Origin: Octopus vulgaris
Lineage: Eukaryota
Direction of reading: 5' to 3'
NCBI GenBank assembly: GCA_951406725.2
Contig: OX597820.1
Location: forward strand, 95,108,001-95,172,000
DNA: 64,000 nucleotides
Each line of letters starts with the position of its first letter. The first letter of the stretch is position 1. Both the position numbers and the translations under genes were made by a program. Of the stretch, positions 1 through 13,530 are shown piece by piece. The notes beneath the pieces are model-generated. The model had not been told where the DNA came from. It saw only the letters and a list, made by a program, of their open reading frames with translations, and did no database searches.

Positions 1-1974
1 CCATAACTATAGTCTCTACATACCAGGAACTTTGATGTTCTTGGTTCTGTCTCCTCTGCCAATTTTCTACCATCACTACAGAAGCTTCTTCTGTCAACTC
101 CACTCAAGCACTCTTGATTCATTCATCTCATCATCCATATTGTGTTACCCAACCCATTACTTCCCAAGGAACACACAAACCTTTTTTTCCAGTTCTTTCT
201 TCTCTAGAACAGAATCCCTCTATAGAATTCAGTCTCTGCCTATGTTCTCCCTGTAACCCATCAACTTACAGTTATTCAAGAATAACTGTAACTGACAGAG
301 AGGTATCATGTATTCAACTTTAGCTTCTTTATTTATTACTCATGCATGTATTTCTACATATATATGTATTACATTCTAAGTATCTATATATAATAAACTT
401 TTTTATTGAAACAAAATGTATATTTCATTGATATCATAAATTATATTGTCATAGTATACATACAACTCATTATAAATTTCCAAAACGAACAATTAATTTT
501 TCATTTTTTCACCATGCATTACAACATTTAGAAGTGGTTTCTTCATTATTATTGCAGCTCAAACAATCCTTTTGAGGTAAGTTACTGATAATTAAGTTTG
601 ATTTGACTTTTTTTCCAACTAAGGCCACTAAAAATCTTACATAAAGTAAGACACTGTTGTGTGGACGCCCCCAGACGATGAAGTAGGCTAGCCCAATATG
701 TAGATATAGAGGGAGAAGTCTAAATGTCGAGGAGTTGAGTAGAGGGCATCCAAGCATGCGATATAACAGTGGTGACGAGGATGAGATGCTCACACAACCA
801 CTGTGTAGTATTGCGATGTAACAGACATGCAAATGAAACAGAAAATGAAAGAAATTTTAGAAGAGGGAATGAGAATACATGCTCAAGAAAGATTAAATGA
901 AAAAGATAGAAGTATGAAGCAGTAAAAGGCTGAAAATGTGAGATGAAGGAGAAATGATGTAAATAATGTAACACGAATGAACAACTATTTTCCTGTTATT
1001 TTACCATTTTTATTTACATCCTCATACTCTCATTCGCAACTTTCATCATGTACATTTTAAAACAAAACTTCCAATTGGAAAAAAAAATCAAATATTCAAA
1101 CAAACCAGCTAAATTGTGGTAAATAACCCAAATTTTAGTAAAACAGTAGCTGTCATTACTGACAACATAAGTATTCTAGTATACATATAAATCATTGAAA
1201 TACAAACATGATTTATAATCCACAACAGATTTGTCTTAGAAAACCTTCAGTGCAAATATACAATTTAACGACCAGTGCCGTATGATCAACATCATGTGAT
1301 CATTAATCCAGTATCATATGACCTACCACTATGTTACATGACCTAGACTATCATCAGCATTCCTGACTGTAATAAAAATGTTTAATTTAGCATTACTACA
1401 ATTATATAGTATAAGAGCAAAAGTTCAGACATATTTTTTGTTATTGCTTGTGCAGATCTAGATGATCCTTAGCCCAAAAGATCTGTGATATATACATTGT
1501 TGAACAATTAGACCCTATCCACAGATCTAGTGCATCAAATATATTGCACCCTATATGACTCTACCTAGCATACTATGATAGTCCAGACATATTGTACTGC
1601 TGTCTTCACTTCTCAGTCAATATAGTTCCACTTGAAATCATTTGATAAGTCAGAGTCATATGATGAGTGTTGCATCACATGACATTAATAAGACTGAGTC
1701 GTATGGCCTTCATTGTATCGTGTCAACTACACAACATTAATAGCTATATTGATTAAACAATATTGACTGCTTTAGATTAGTTAAAATTTCCATTTTTTTC
1801 TTTTGAATTTTTCTTATATGTAAATAGTTATAGCTGAACAAATCAAGCCCAGTATATTATTTGTATGGCTTTAGCAATCTCTGGTGAATGAAAGAAAAAA
1901 ATGGAAATAACATGGATTTAGTTACCATTACAGTAAACCATTGATAGTTTTTTTTTCCCATTGCTCACCAACTT

Positions 1975-2203
1975 TTAACCCTTCAATATTCAGATTACTC
2001 TGTCAAATGTAATGCTTATTTGTTCACATATACTGAATTAATTATGCATTACCTCATAGCTTCAAGATTCCAGTGATCTGGTTGCTTATTTTGAGAATGA
2101 CATTATAGGATAGGTATGAGAGGCCAGATCTGGCCAGTTTGTAAATAAAAAAAGGTAGAATATTTGAGGTCAGGTATACTGTATTTAAATGTTAAAGGCT
2201 TAA
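1975..2203. mobile_element. TTAA-flanked MITE (piggyBac-like ends); related copies at about 11029-11242, 16104-16341, 18465-18680 and 22360-22457
   Basis: TTAA|CCCTT...AAAGGC|TTAA, with a shared internal cagattactctgtcaa motif in all copies. Confidence 0.6.
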
Positions 2204-2947
2204 ACACCACCAAACTAGTTATATAAAATGATTAATATTCATTTATGGCATACACTATTGTATTGGTTTCTAAACCAGTTTTACTTGTGGCTTACCTCCC
2301 ACACCCCAATCCTGTCCTCTTGGCCCTGTCTCACTGTATCATTGTTATCTGCTAGCACCTGACATGTGTGTTCCACCCATATGTAATAAGAAAACTTTTC
2401 ACACACCCTACCACAACAAACCAATCTACATCCCTACATCTCTTTTCTTCCTCACATTTCCTCCTTCATACACTAAACCTACCTCTCACTCCCCAAGCCT
2501 GGCCTCACAGTCTTGCTTCTCTGTACCATTGCTATCCAGTAGCCCTGCCGCACACTAAATATATGCAGGTTTTCACTATGTATATAGTGTATGATTAATT
2601 TATGGAATGAAGTTCTATAAATCCAATCATATTTGTCGAAAATGGAGACTATAAGATGTTAAAAAGTTGTAAGAAGTTTAATCATGCATACAATTGTTTC
2701 GTACATAGATATGAATTCATATTTGAATTTGAAAATTATCGTAGTACTCATCAGTGCAGAGAGAAATAATAATAGGAACTTTAAAAAAAGAGCAGAGAAG
2801 CTGAATCTATGAGCTTCATGTTTGTCTGCTCTTATATGTGTGCGATAGTGATGGGAGTCATGCCAAATTTTAAAACACAACTAACAGATGAATGGTTGGA
2901 GGAAGATGTAAATGTAGAGATATCGATAACACTCTCTCTATAGATTA

Positions 2948-3140
2948 GTGTATATATGCATGTATGTATGTATGTGTGCGTGTATGTATGCATGTATGTA
3001 TGTATATATAGGTATGTATGTATGTATGTATGTATGCATGCATGTATGTATGCATGCATGTATGTATGCATGCATGTATGTATGCATGCATGTATGTATG
3101 CATGCATGTATGCATGCATGTATGCATGTATATATATAAT
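2948..3140. repeat. Compound (ATGT/ATGC)n microsatellite
   Basis: Direct reading; it produces the spurious MHAY/CMYV ORFs. Confidence 0.95.
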
Positions 3141-3539
3141 GTGAGATAATAGTTTCACTATGTATATATTATATACATAATGAAACTATCAAAATGAAAC
3201 CATCCAAAGTGAAACTATTATCTCACATAACAATAGAGATGTTATTGTTTCACTTTGACACATAATACTGAAACAGTCTAAGAGATTGCTCCTGGACCCT
3301 CAGTTGTGCATGTGTAAAATTTGAATGAAATTGGTTGAGTAGTTCTCAAGTTTTGGTGATGCACACATACACACATTTTCAGTTTTATATATACAGATAT
3401 GTAACGGTAAGATTAAGGTAGAATCAGTGGTCACCAATGTAACGGTTGTTGTTGCAGGTGTGCAAGATGGAAGAACAGCCATCAAAGTTTTAAAGAAATA
3501 TTTATTTACCATTACTTTGTATAGTACTATGCCTTAAAA

Positions 3540-4574
3540 TGAGTTTAGATCAGACCCATATTAGACATTGCATGCTTCTATGAATTCAGAATAGGCTCTT
3601 CAGCAATGGAAGCTGCAAGATATTTTTGTTCCTTCTATAGAAATGAAGCTTTAAATTTCCAGACATGCCAACAATATTTCGTCCAGTTTCGCCCAGGGAA
3701 CTTTTCTTTTATAAGTTCCCCTTGATCTGGACCCCAAGTTCTGTAAATATTGAGCTTCTGAAAACTGTAGTTGATGAAAATCCAAAGCAAACTGCACAAT
3801 TAACACATCAGTTCAATTCTAGTCATACTTTGATCATAAAACACCTTCGTGAACTAGGAAAAACATCTGAACTTGGTCAGTAAGTTCCTTATTATCTGAC
3901 TTCTTTTTAGCTTAATGAAGATGTGCCCTTTGTGTGGCATTCAAGAGTAGACTTGTAACCAAACCTTTCCTGAGTACAATCATCACAAGTGATGAAAAGT
4001 AGGTTCTCTATAATCATATCCAACAAAAACAACAATGGTTAGCATTCAATTAAAAAGGAGAATCCATCCCCAAACCAGGACTACATCACAAAAAAAGTTA
4101 TACTCTGTGTTTAATGGAATATGAAAGGTGTCATCAATCATGAAGTGTTAAACCAAAGTGAAACAGTTAACATCCATCACTGGTCAATTTGTAAAGAGGT
4201 GTTGTTCTTATACAATAATGCAAGACCATATATTGCCTAAGTCACTCAAAAAAAGATTTTGGCACTGAATATGAAATTTTTGCCTCATCCTTCTAACTCT
4301 CTTGACTTTGCTCCATCTGACATTCATTTTTTCAAAACATTTTTTCAAAACAGCCTATTAATTCTGAAGAGGTTAAAAATGATATTGTGCCTTTCTTTGC
4401 TTCAATACCTGCAGAATTTTATGCCTAAGGGATTGACAATTTACCAAATAGATGGGATTTTGTTATCAATAATGAAGGGAAACATTATCTTGATTGAATA
4501 TTTCAGTTAAGACCAAAGAAGCATCTGTTTGTTTCTCATCTTGAAATGTGACAGGACTTTCTTTCCAACCAAAT
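3540..4574 (+). mobile_element. Decayed mariner (DD34D) transposon
   Basis: Remnants IITSDEK*VLY, NNARPYIA, LPHPSNSLDFAPSDIHFF and GIDNLPNRW, with stops and frameshifts. Right TIR-like gacaggactttctttccaaccaaat. Confidence 0.85.
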
Positions 4575-5119
4575 CGTACCTTACTTGACAACAAGATACA
4601 GCTTCAGGCTGTAGAAAAACTTACCTCAATAAATCTCATCTGATACATACTAGCATGAAAAATGTGGACATTTAAACAATGATGATGATAAAATCTGTAT
4701 ATTAGGTCTATCAATAAAAATAAGTTAAAATACAGAGCAGTAAGTGCTTACTACTTAATTCTATTTAAAATTTCACTGAGTATCTTCACATTTTCAAAAG
4801 TAATTTTATTATTTTTGCAATGCATGGGTACCTACATCTTGCAGCACAACAGATGTACCATGTTGCACTGTGCATTGTTAAGGAACCACTACACTAGTGT
4901 GATTATTTGATTAATTACTTAACTGTTCATTACAAGAAGTATTGATCAATGAGTAATCAGTATTGTTATTTTGTTTTAGATTAGGAAAATGAAGGTTATG
5001 ATGTTTATGACTTTCCAATGACATTAGCTAATTAAGCAAAATGATAGCAGCTAAGAATTTTAAATGCCAAGTAATTACAGCTAGCACTACAGTGTTTGCT
5101 ACAGTTATACAAAATACTG

Positions 5120-5562
5120 ATTTCAAATTTTGGCACTAAGCTAGCAAGTCTGGATAATGGAGGGTTAAGTTGATTACATTGACCTTAATGCTCAACTAGT
5201 ACTTATTTTATCAACCCCAAAAGGGGGAAAGTAAAATCGACCACAGCAGAATTTGAACTCATAACGTCAAAACAGACAAAATGTCGTTAAGCATTTAGCC
5301 TTGCATGTTAACGGTTCTGCCAGCTTGCCACCTTACCGCCATACAAAAGACTGATTTCAAATTTTCGCACAAGGCCAGCAAGTTCAGGGGAGGGGATAAA
5401 TTGATTACATCAACCCCAGTACTCAAGTGGCACTTATTTTGTCAACCAAAAGATGAAAGACAAAGTCAACCTTGGCTGAATTTGAGCTCAGAACGTAGAG
5501 ATGAACAAAATGCCACCAAGCATCTTGCCCAGTGTACTAACAATTCAGCAGTTCACTGCCTT
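5120..5562 (-). mobile_element. Two old tandem copies of tRNA-SINE family B
   Basis: Reverse complement of the gagttcaaattc B-box and gcctttcatcc...aagtaccag core seen intact at 45.2-45.9 kb. Confidence 0.7.
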
Positions 5563-5958
5563 AGAGTAAACACAAAATATTAATACACAAACACAGTGAA
5601 TAGGTAACAGGCTAAGTCTGTCATTCAGTTTTACATCATTATCAAGCACCTTAGGAGCCCTTAACTGAGTCTTCTCTGGTGCAAGCATTCACACACATCT
5701 CCAGTTTAAAGATACCTTCCTTCCTTTCTCCATACCTCCCACAGAGTACTTGGAGAGTTATAGGCACTTTTTCTAAGTGCACAAGACACAGAAAAACACA
5801 TAGAATAAGGCATTGGCATCTTGAAGTTTACACATCACCATTTCTCCCTATGAATTCTTTGAACTTCCAGTCTCACAACTCAATTTCTATCGTCATAAAA
5901 CATTTTAAAATTTTGTGAACAATAGCAAAAAGGGATAATAAAAAAAAAACATAATTAC

Positions 5959-6125
5959 CTGATACAGTTATCGGGATCAGTATCACAGTCAACATTACAT
6001 CGGAATCTCTCCCATGAGAGCCAACCCATTGGTGGTGTCAAAGCAAGGCCATTATCCAGAGACAACACACTTTGACACAGTAGTAAAATGGATGCTAACC
6101 CAAAAGCAATCTTTAAATATACCAT
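5959..6125 (-). CDS. NAGA: First coding exon of alpha-N-acetylgalactosaminidase / alpha-galactosidase (GH27, lysosomal); downstream exons lie left of the window
   Basis: Minus strand reads [55 protein letters not shown](S): a signal peptide plus the GH27 LDNGL..TPPMGW..WERF.C motif. TPPMGW/ERFRC is closer to NAGA than GLA. Phase-2 donor AG|GTAATT after 5959; acceptor tttttgcAG before 6158 leaves a 33-nt 5'UTR part. Confidence 0.9.
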
Positions 6126-6421
6126 TTTCTTTTCTTTCTTGTATTTTCAGGACAGGTTCTGCAAAAAGATAATTGAAAGTATTAAATTGTTGTTGTCCTT
6201 TTTTTTATTTTTTTTATTTTATATAGTAACAGACATGGCTGTGTGGTTAAGAACTTCACTTTGGAACCACAATGTTTCAGGTTCAGTCCCACTACATGGC
6301 ATTTTGAGCAAATGTCTACTACTATAGCCTCAGGCCAACCAATCAATGCCTTATGAGTGAATTTGGTAAACAGAAACTGTGTGGAAGCCCAACATGTCTG
6401 TATATGTATGTGTGTGTGTAT

Positions 6422-6429
<8 letters not shown>

Positions 6430-6469
<40 letters not shown>

Positions 6470-6472
6470 ATT

Positions 6473-6568
<96 letters not shown>
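6430..6568. repeat. (TA)n followed by a long (AAT)n microsatellite
   Basis: Direct reading; source of the poly-N and poly-I ORFs. Confidence 0.95.
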
Positions 6569-6569
<1 letters not shown>

Positions 6570-6821
6570 GGGAATATAAAATTCCAAATTTACAGGGAAA
6601 AATTCAATTTAGCAATTCTAAATCAAATTTCACAATATATAATATATGTATATAATTAAGAGAAATAACCTCTATTAAGTAATTCAATTGATAGTGAAAG
6701 ATATTATCAATATTAAATCAAATAGAAAAAATTTTAATATATTATAATAAATATTATTCTAAAAATTACTAAATTAAATAAGCATATAAATATATAATAA
6801 ACAAATAAATAAATATATATA

Positions 6822-8127
6822 CAGGGTGCAACAGGTAAATTTTCACCATTTTATATTTTTAATTTTGTGCATGCACGTAAAAGCACCATCCGTTCGTGTT
6901 CGTTGCCAGCCTCGGCTGGCCCCTGTGCCGGTGACACGTAAAAGCACCGTCCGTTCGTGGCCGTTTGCCAGCTCTGTCTAGCCCCGTGTCGGTGGCACGT
7001 AAAAGCACCATCCGTTCGTGTCTGTTGCCAGCATTGCCTGGCCCCGTGCCGGTGACACGTAAAAGCACCATCCGTTCGTAGCCGTTTGCCAGCTCTGTCT
7101 GGCACCTGTGCAGGTGGCACATGAAAAACACCCACTACACTCGTGGAGTGGTTGGCGTTAGGAAGGGCATCCAGCCGTAGAAACACTGCCAGATCTGACT
7201 GGGCCTGACGAAGCCTTCCAACTTCACAGGCCCCAGTTGACCCGTCCAACCCATGCTAGCATGGAAAGCGGACGCTAAATGATGATGATGATGCATATTG
7301 TTTGTTCTTTATTTTGTCAACTACACAGTAGAGTCAGTCAGGCACTCTCTGTGAGAAAAACACCATCATAACACAATTCACTCTGCCAGAAATTTGGAAA
7401 TGACATGCTGTACTACTTGGCATTTGCACTGGAAGCTCCAATATGAAGCACCAGAAGCTACAATACAAAACGCCGGAAGCTCCAATATCAACATGTACCA
7501 AGAATGATAAAAATCAAACATCCACTCAACATCATGGTATTTGAAGTGATCACTAGTGATGGCAATGTTATGCCTTCATTCATCTTCCCACATGGCCTCA
7601 CACTCAACACGGAGACCTACATCAAGTGCCTAGAGGAGGTAGTGCTGCCCTGAGTCAAGAAGGTGGCTGCTAGAAGACCCTATGTCTGGTAACAGGACTC
7701 TGCACCATGCCACACAAGCAGGAGAACCCAGACATGGCTGTCAAATAATTTTTGTGACCACATCACCCCTAACATTTGCCCACCTAACTCCCCAGACTGC
7801 AACCCCCGTGATTATTGTGTGGAATGCAGTTAAGCAAGAGACTAATAAAACTCCTTGTAACACCAAAGATGAACTGACAGCAAAGATTATGGCAGCATTC
7901 ATCGACTTAAAAAAGAAGACCGTCCAGAAGACTTGCAGGAGATTCCAAAGTTGTCTGGAGGCCGTGGTTGAAGCCAATGGCAATTTCATTGAATATATTT
8001 ACTCTTTAGTATTTCAAGATATTTTTATGTAATTTTGGTAAATATATCAATATATCTGTTAAAATGAGATGTCAGTGTTATTTTCATTTTTGCGTAATTT
8101 AGACAACAGTTTATTCATTGTACCCTG
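6822..8127 (+). mobile_element. Internally deleted maT (DD37D) Tc1/mariner element, interrupted by an RTE tail
   Basis: TA|CAGGGTG...ACCCTG ends. Transposase remnant QDSAPCH...PPNSPDCNP.DY with about 37 residues between the two Asp, then CLEAVVEANGNFIE. Confidence 0.85.
6876..7290 (+). mobile_element. RTE LINE 3' tail with four ~60-bp tandem subrepeats, nested in the maT element
   Basis: Ends ccatgctagcatggaaagcggacgctaaa(tga)n; flanked by an ATGCA duplication (6871-6875 and 7291-7295). Confidence 0.8.
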
Positions 8128-8128
8128 C

Positions 8129-8162
<34 letters not shown>

Positions 8163-8749
8163 CTTTATGTTTGTCCCCCATCATTGCTTCACAACCAGTG
8201 TTGGTTTATTTACATCCTTGTAACTCAGCAGTTTGAAAAAAAAAGTACTGTAGTTGATTTGACTAAACCCTTCAAGGTGGTGCCCCAGCATGGCCATACT
8301 CCCATGACTGAAACCAGCAAAAAATAATTTATAGCATCATTGGTTATAGTTTTCCTACAAGTCAACCACTGACTTTCTTGTGAGAGCAACAAGGGACTAC
8401 CTAAAACACAATGCACATGGAACATTCTATGGTAATTCATTCTAAAAGCACCAGTTTCTACAGTTTCTTCGCCTATGTTTGCATCCTTTGTTCGTATACA
8501 TTTTTTTAAAGATATACATAAACATCTACACACACACACACATACATACATACAATCATCCTTATTTTTATTACCACTTTTCCATGATTGCAAGGGTTGA
8601 ACAGGTTGTTTGTAATACAGCATTTCACAATTTGTTTTCATTTTCACTCCTTTATCAGCTTTCACTACTTTTGCCCATGTTTTTCCATTGTGTTTTTTGT
8701 TTTATGTAGGAGGGAACCTTTTTTTCTTTCGCTTGTTACTGATGGTGTA

Positions 8750-9930
8750 GTGTATGCAGGTTGAAGGCTATTGTATGTTTATGAGTTCTGCCAAATGCAA
8801 GCTTTCTTTTCAGGTACATGAAGCTGCTGTCCCCCATCCCAGGGTCTCATGGGCTCACACATCCCACACTCTCAGGGTTGGCACACTTAATGAAAGGTAG
8901 GTCTAGTGAGATTGTTGAGATGCTTGAATGGAGATGTGTAGATTTGTGCTGCATCCAAGAAGTAAGGTGGGGAGCAAGTTCTGCTAGAACACAGGTACAA
9001 GATTTTCTGGAGAGGGAACACTGACAGGGTCAGGGGCGTGGGTATTCTTCTTGCAGAGAAATGGGTTGATAAGGTAATCAAGGTAGTCAGAATTTGTGAT
9101 AGAATACCTGAGATCAGATTAGTGCTGCAACATGGTTTAGCAACCATAATCTCAGCCGGGGCTACCTGATGAACAGAAAGACCAATTTTATGACACTGTC
9201 TTGCAGACTGCCTCGTCAATGAATGACAAGGACCTTCTCTTTGTGGCTGGCGACTTCAATGGGCATGTTGGACAACATGCAGAGGGCTTCCATGGTGTAC
9301 ATGGAGGCTATGGTTTTGGTTCCTGCAATGAGGAGGGAACCTGGCTGCAGGAGTTCTGTGATTCAAATGATTTTATGGTTTGTAATACTAACTTCAGGAA
9401 ACCTGCCAGCCACCTATTCCCCTACCGATCTGGTGAACACACTAGTCAAATTAATTACATCCTCACCAGGAAACAGGAAAGATGGCTACTTATAAATGCC
9501 AAAACTGTCCCAGGTGAAGAATGCACCCCACAGCATAGATTAGTAGTTAGCAATTTCAGGATCAGGGCTAAATGGATGCCCAGCAGAGTAATACATCTCT
9601 AAATCTCTGTCTATTCACATGATCCTTAAGCTTCCAGACCCTTCTCCTCCATGCTGGCTGTCTTCTGTGCCAGTGGCACATAAAAAGCACCATTCAAGTA
9701 TGGCCGATGCCAGTATCGCCTGACTGGCCCTCATGCTGGTGGCACGTAAACAGGACCCACTACACCCTCGGAGTGGTTGGTGTTAGGAACAACATCTAGC
9801 TATAAAAACATTGCCAGATCAGATTGGAGCCTGGTGCAGCCCTCTGGCTTGCCAGCCTTCAGTCAAACCATCTAACCCATGCCGGCATGGAAACCAAACA
9901 TTAAACGACGACGATGATGATGATGATGTG
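8750..9930 (+). mobile_element. RTE LINE: APE endonuclease remnant plus 3' tail
   Basis: CCIQEVRW, VAGDFNGHVG, SQINYIL and PQHRLVV endonuclease motifs with frameshifts; (GAT)n tail at about 9910-9928. Confidence 0.85.
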
Positions 9931-10489
9931 GTCAATTCCTTTGAAACTTTTCAAGGTAGTGTTCCAGCTTGCTCACAGTCTAATGACTGAAACAAGTAAA
10001 TGATAAAAGAAAATATTTAAACATTTTCTCTCCCTTACTTTCATATAAGCATGACAGAAATGATAGAAAGTTTTGATTAGAGATCTGTTAATTAGTTCAC
10101 AGCTTACAAGTTTGTGCCCAATGTGTGAATCACTAGCTGTTTTAGTAATTGTCATGTGAGAGTAATTGATTTCATTAGGTCAACGTCCTTCACTTGGTTG
10201 ACAATTATTTCTAATACATGGTAAGGTTTGTACTTAACATAATGTAGTGAGCCAAGAGATTACAATTATATGGCTCACTGCATTACATTAGCAGCAACTG
10301 TATTACTTAGTTCAAATGCAGAGTGTGTCCCTAAGTATTTTTCCATCATCCTTCTAAGTCACCACATTAATCAGCATCCATTCACTAGCTGATACAAGCT
10401 GACTTATTGCAAACCAGACAAACATTATTTAGTTTTGTGCACAGAGATCCATCACATCTTTTCAGTTTGTATTTCTGTGGCCTTTTCAT

Positions 10490-10877
10490 ACTCTTTTACT
10501 TGTTTCAGTCATTTGACTGCGGCCATGCTGGAGCACCACCTTTAATCGAGCAACTCGACCCCGGGACTTATTCTTTTTGTAAGCCCAGTACTTATTCTAT
10601 CGGTCTCTTTTGCCGAACCGCTAAGTAACGGGGACATAAACACACCAGCATCGGTTGTCAAGCAATGCTAGGGGGACAAACACACAAACACATATATATA
10701 TATACATATATACTACGGGCTTCTTTCAGTTTCTGTCTACCAAATCCACTCAAAAGGCTTTGGTCAGCCCGAGGCTATAGTAGAAGACACTCGCCCAAGG
10801 TGCCACGCAGTGGGACTGAACCTGGAACCATGTGGTTTGTAAGCAAGCTACTTACCACACAGCCACTCCTACGCCTA
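10490..10877 (-). mobile_element. tRNA-derived SINE family A; other copies at 6226-6420(+), 11275-11655(-), 17110-17515(+), 17893-18312(-), 18711-18897(-), 23318-23697(-), 25040-25346 (rearranged), 38087-38447(-), 44180-44563(+), 58300-58590(+)
   Basis: About 400 bp. A box tggctgtgtggtaag, B box ggttcagtccc, central TA/TG microsatellite, 3' tail ggcggtgctccagcatggccgcagtcaaatgactgaaac. Confidence 0.9.
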
Positions 10878-13184
10878 TTAAGGTGGCCATTGAAGCATCA
10901 TGATGGTGATGATGAGAATCTTCTGTATCCATGAATAAGCTAAAATGGTAATAGTCAGCACTTCATATTTACAAACAACTAATTTATATAATTAAATGCT
11001 TTCAAGTTATTTCAACTATTTCTATGAATTAACTCTTTAGCACTTAAACTTGCCATAACTGACCGAAATATTCTACTTGTTTTATGTTCAAACCAGCAAC
11101 ATCTGGCCTGTCACACCTACCCAACAATGTTACTCTAAAAATGCACATCATCAATATCCTGTGGCTATCAAGACAATGCATGATTAATTCCAAACAATGG
11201 GAACAGATAAGCATTACATCTGACAGAGTAATCTGTGGGTTAAAGAGTTGAGGAACTGCCAAAGTATAGAGTCTACTCTCTTACTTGTTTCAGTCACTTG
11301 ACGGTGGGCATGCTGGAGCACCACCTCTAGTCGAAGAAATCGACCCCAGGACTTATTCTTTGTAAGCCTGCTACTTATTCTATTGGTCTCTTTTGCTGAA
11401 CCGCTGTTATGGGGACGTAAACACACCAGCATCGGTTGTCAAGCAATGCTAGGGTGACAAACACACAAACACACACACGCATATATATATATACATATAT
11501 ACGACGGGCTTCTTTTCAGTTTCCGTCTACCAAATCCACTCACAAGGCTTTGGTCGGCCAGAGGCTATAGTAGAAGACACTTGCCCAAGGTGCCACGCAG
11601 TGGGACTGAACCCGGAACCATGTGGTTGGTAAAGAAGCTACTTACCACACAGTCACTACATCCACAAAATGTATACAATTTTATATGCAGAGATGGTTAA
11701 GAACTTCATTTCACAACTATGTGGTTTGGAGTTTGTTTTCACTGACCAATGACTTGTGAGTAAAACTGGTCGATAGAACTTGTAATTTTTATTATTTGTG
11801 GCATTCTTGAGGTTTCGATGGACATGTCGAAAAGACATTACATCTCACTTTTTTCTCAAAAAATTTTTTCGGATTCGTATGTTTTCAAAAACGGTGGTTA
11901 AAAACAACTTTCGAAATTCTATTAAATTCTCCCCGAAATTGTTTGTTTTGAATTTTTTTTTTTTCTTTGAGAGAGAGGGTGGGATAAAAATGAGATAGGT
12001 CGTCAAAAATTCTGAATTTCAGTTCCAAATGCTTGCGATAACTTTCCGCTTTCAATTTGTGATCATTTCCTGTAAATATAACATATTTTTACTTATTCCG
12101 CTCCAACAATCTATACTTATGTGTAAGGGTAAAAGAAAAAAAACTACGGATAATTAAAAAAAAATAATAAATGAAAGTGGTCCCACAGCAAGTCTGAACG
12201 AGATTGCGGAAAGAAACTAAAAAAAAAACATACACTAACTAAACACGATCCAACGAAAGATATGTAGAAATTATACATCGTCAACCGATCTACAAAAAAA
12301 TAACTGCCCTTAATCTTGCTTTTTTATCATGTTTGAACAAGGCTAAAACATCAACACAGATAACACGCCATCGAGGGAAAATCAATGCAGTGGTTTGAAA
12401 TGTTAAGTATAAATCTTAACGCCTTAAAAAAGAATGGAGCGACGATATTAAATAATAGGTTACATAGGGAAAAGCGGCGTAATTAAAATTAGAAATAGAA
12501 GTCACGGAAATGAAAAAAAATGTTTACATTATTTTCATGAATTACCTAAACGAATAAGAGAATATTTCACGATAAATTTACCTATATTTATATATTTTGA
12601 CTTTATCCAACAGTCTTCAGATTTCTTTGCTGGAAATAACGTGACGTTCCAATTGTGCGAAAAGTGATCGTTTTCAAAATTTACTTTTCTTATAGTCCAC
12701 CCATTTACTTCAGCACGAGAAATAGTACTCTTTATACAGTGCAGCTGATATTTTCTACGAGGGGAAATAACTGCCACATACACACCCATATATATTATAT
12801 TCTGAATTTTAGTCTTAACAGCAATTACGTTACGGAAATAGTCTTATTAACACACAAATCGGGCACTGATCGTAAGATTTGTTTGACAAAGTGAATAAGG
12901 CAAGACTTCCTTCCCGCTCCTCACAAAAAAGTGGGGAATGTGGGGACCAAAAGGAAGTCTTTCCGACGGTATAGTCATGGTTAGAAAAACTTCATGGGTT
13001 TTTTTTTTTAAAGACTGACATGAGGTTAAACACCAAAGATGTTCGTCTAATTATAGTGATAAAATTACATCGGTAAAGAGAAATATTACTGGGGCAAAGA
13101 ACAGTAATCATAACAGACTGTAGCACGATGTCTATATAATCCACTTCTCTAAAAATTTATATATTAAAAGATAGGCTAACTTAC

Positions 13185-13300
13185 CAAAAATAATGTTAAA
13201 TTCCTTCACAAATCATACGTACGTGACGAATGACCTAACTCGGCAATTTGTTTTTGTTTACGTATCGAGTTTCGTCAAACAATCATGTGATGATAATATG
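13185..13300 (-). promoter_or_regulatory. Probable NAGA promoter and non-coding exon 1
   Basis: The coding exon begins with a splice acceptor, so an upstream exon must exist. Consensus donor TTG|GTAAGT at 13185/13184 on the minus strand, in a locally CpG-retaining non-repetitive region (about 11.8-13.4 kb). TCATGTGA at 13283-13290. Confidence 0.5.
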
Positions 13301-13530
13301 TGGTCTTTGAAAACAAACAAATAATTTATCTCGCCTCAACCCATAAAACAAAGGTTAAAGTTATCGATGGATATTGTATGAAATGTCTATGGGGAAATTA
13401 TACAGATAAAATTCTTATACGATTCAAAGTACAACATAACTATCGACTCCTGCTCCCCACCCCGGTTTTAGATGATAACTTTCAGAAAAATGGATATTTT
13501 TTAATGAAATTTTCTATGAATATGTGTTTT

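Noticed and set aside
1-5900. Further NAGA exons (expected DDCW motif)
   Set aside because: Not found by eye on the minus strand; presumed to lie beyond the left edge.
6876-7130. Regular ~60-bp repeats resembling repeat-spacer units
   Set aside because: These are subrepeats of the RTE 3'UTR, also seen at 15.5, 21.9, 55.3 and 62.3 kb.
9201-9602. Host endonuclease gene
   Set aside because: Frameshifted APE domain of an RTE LINE.
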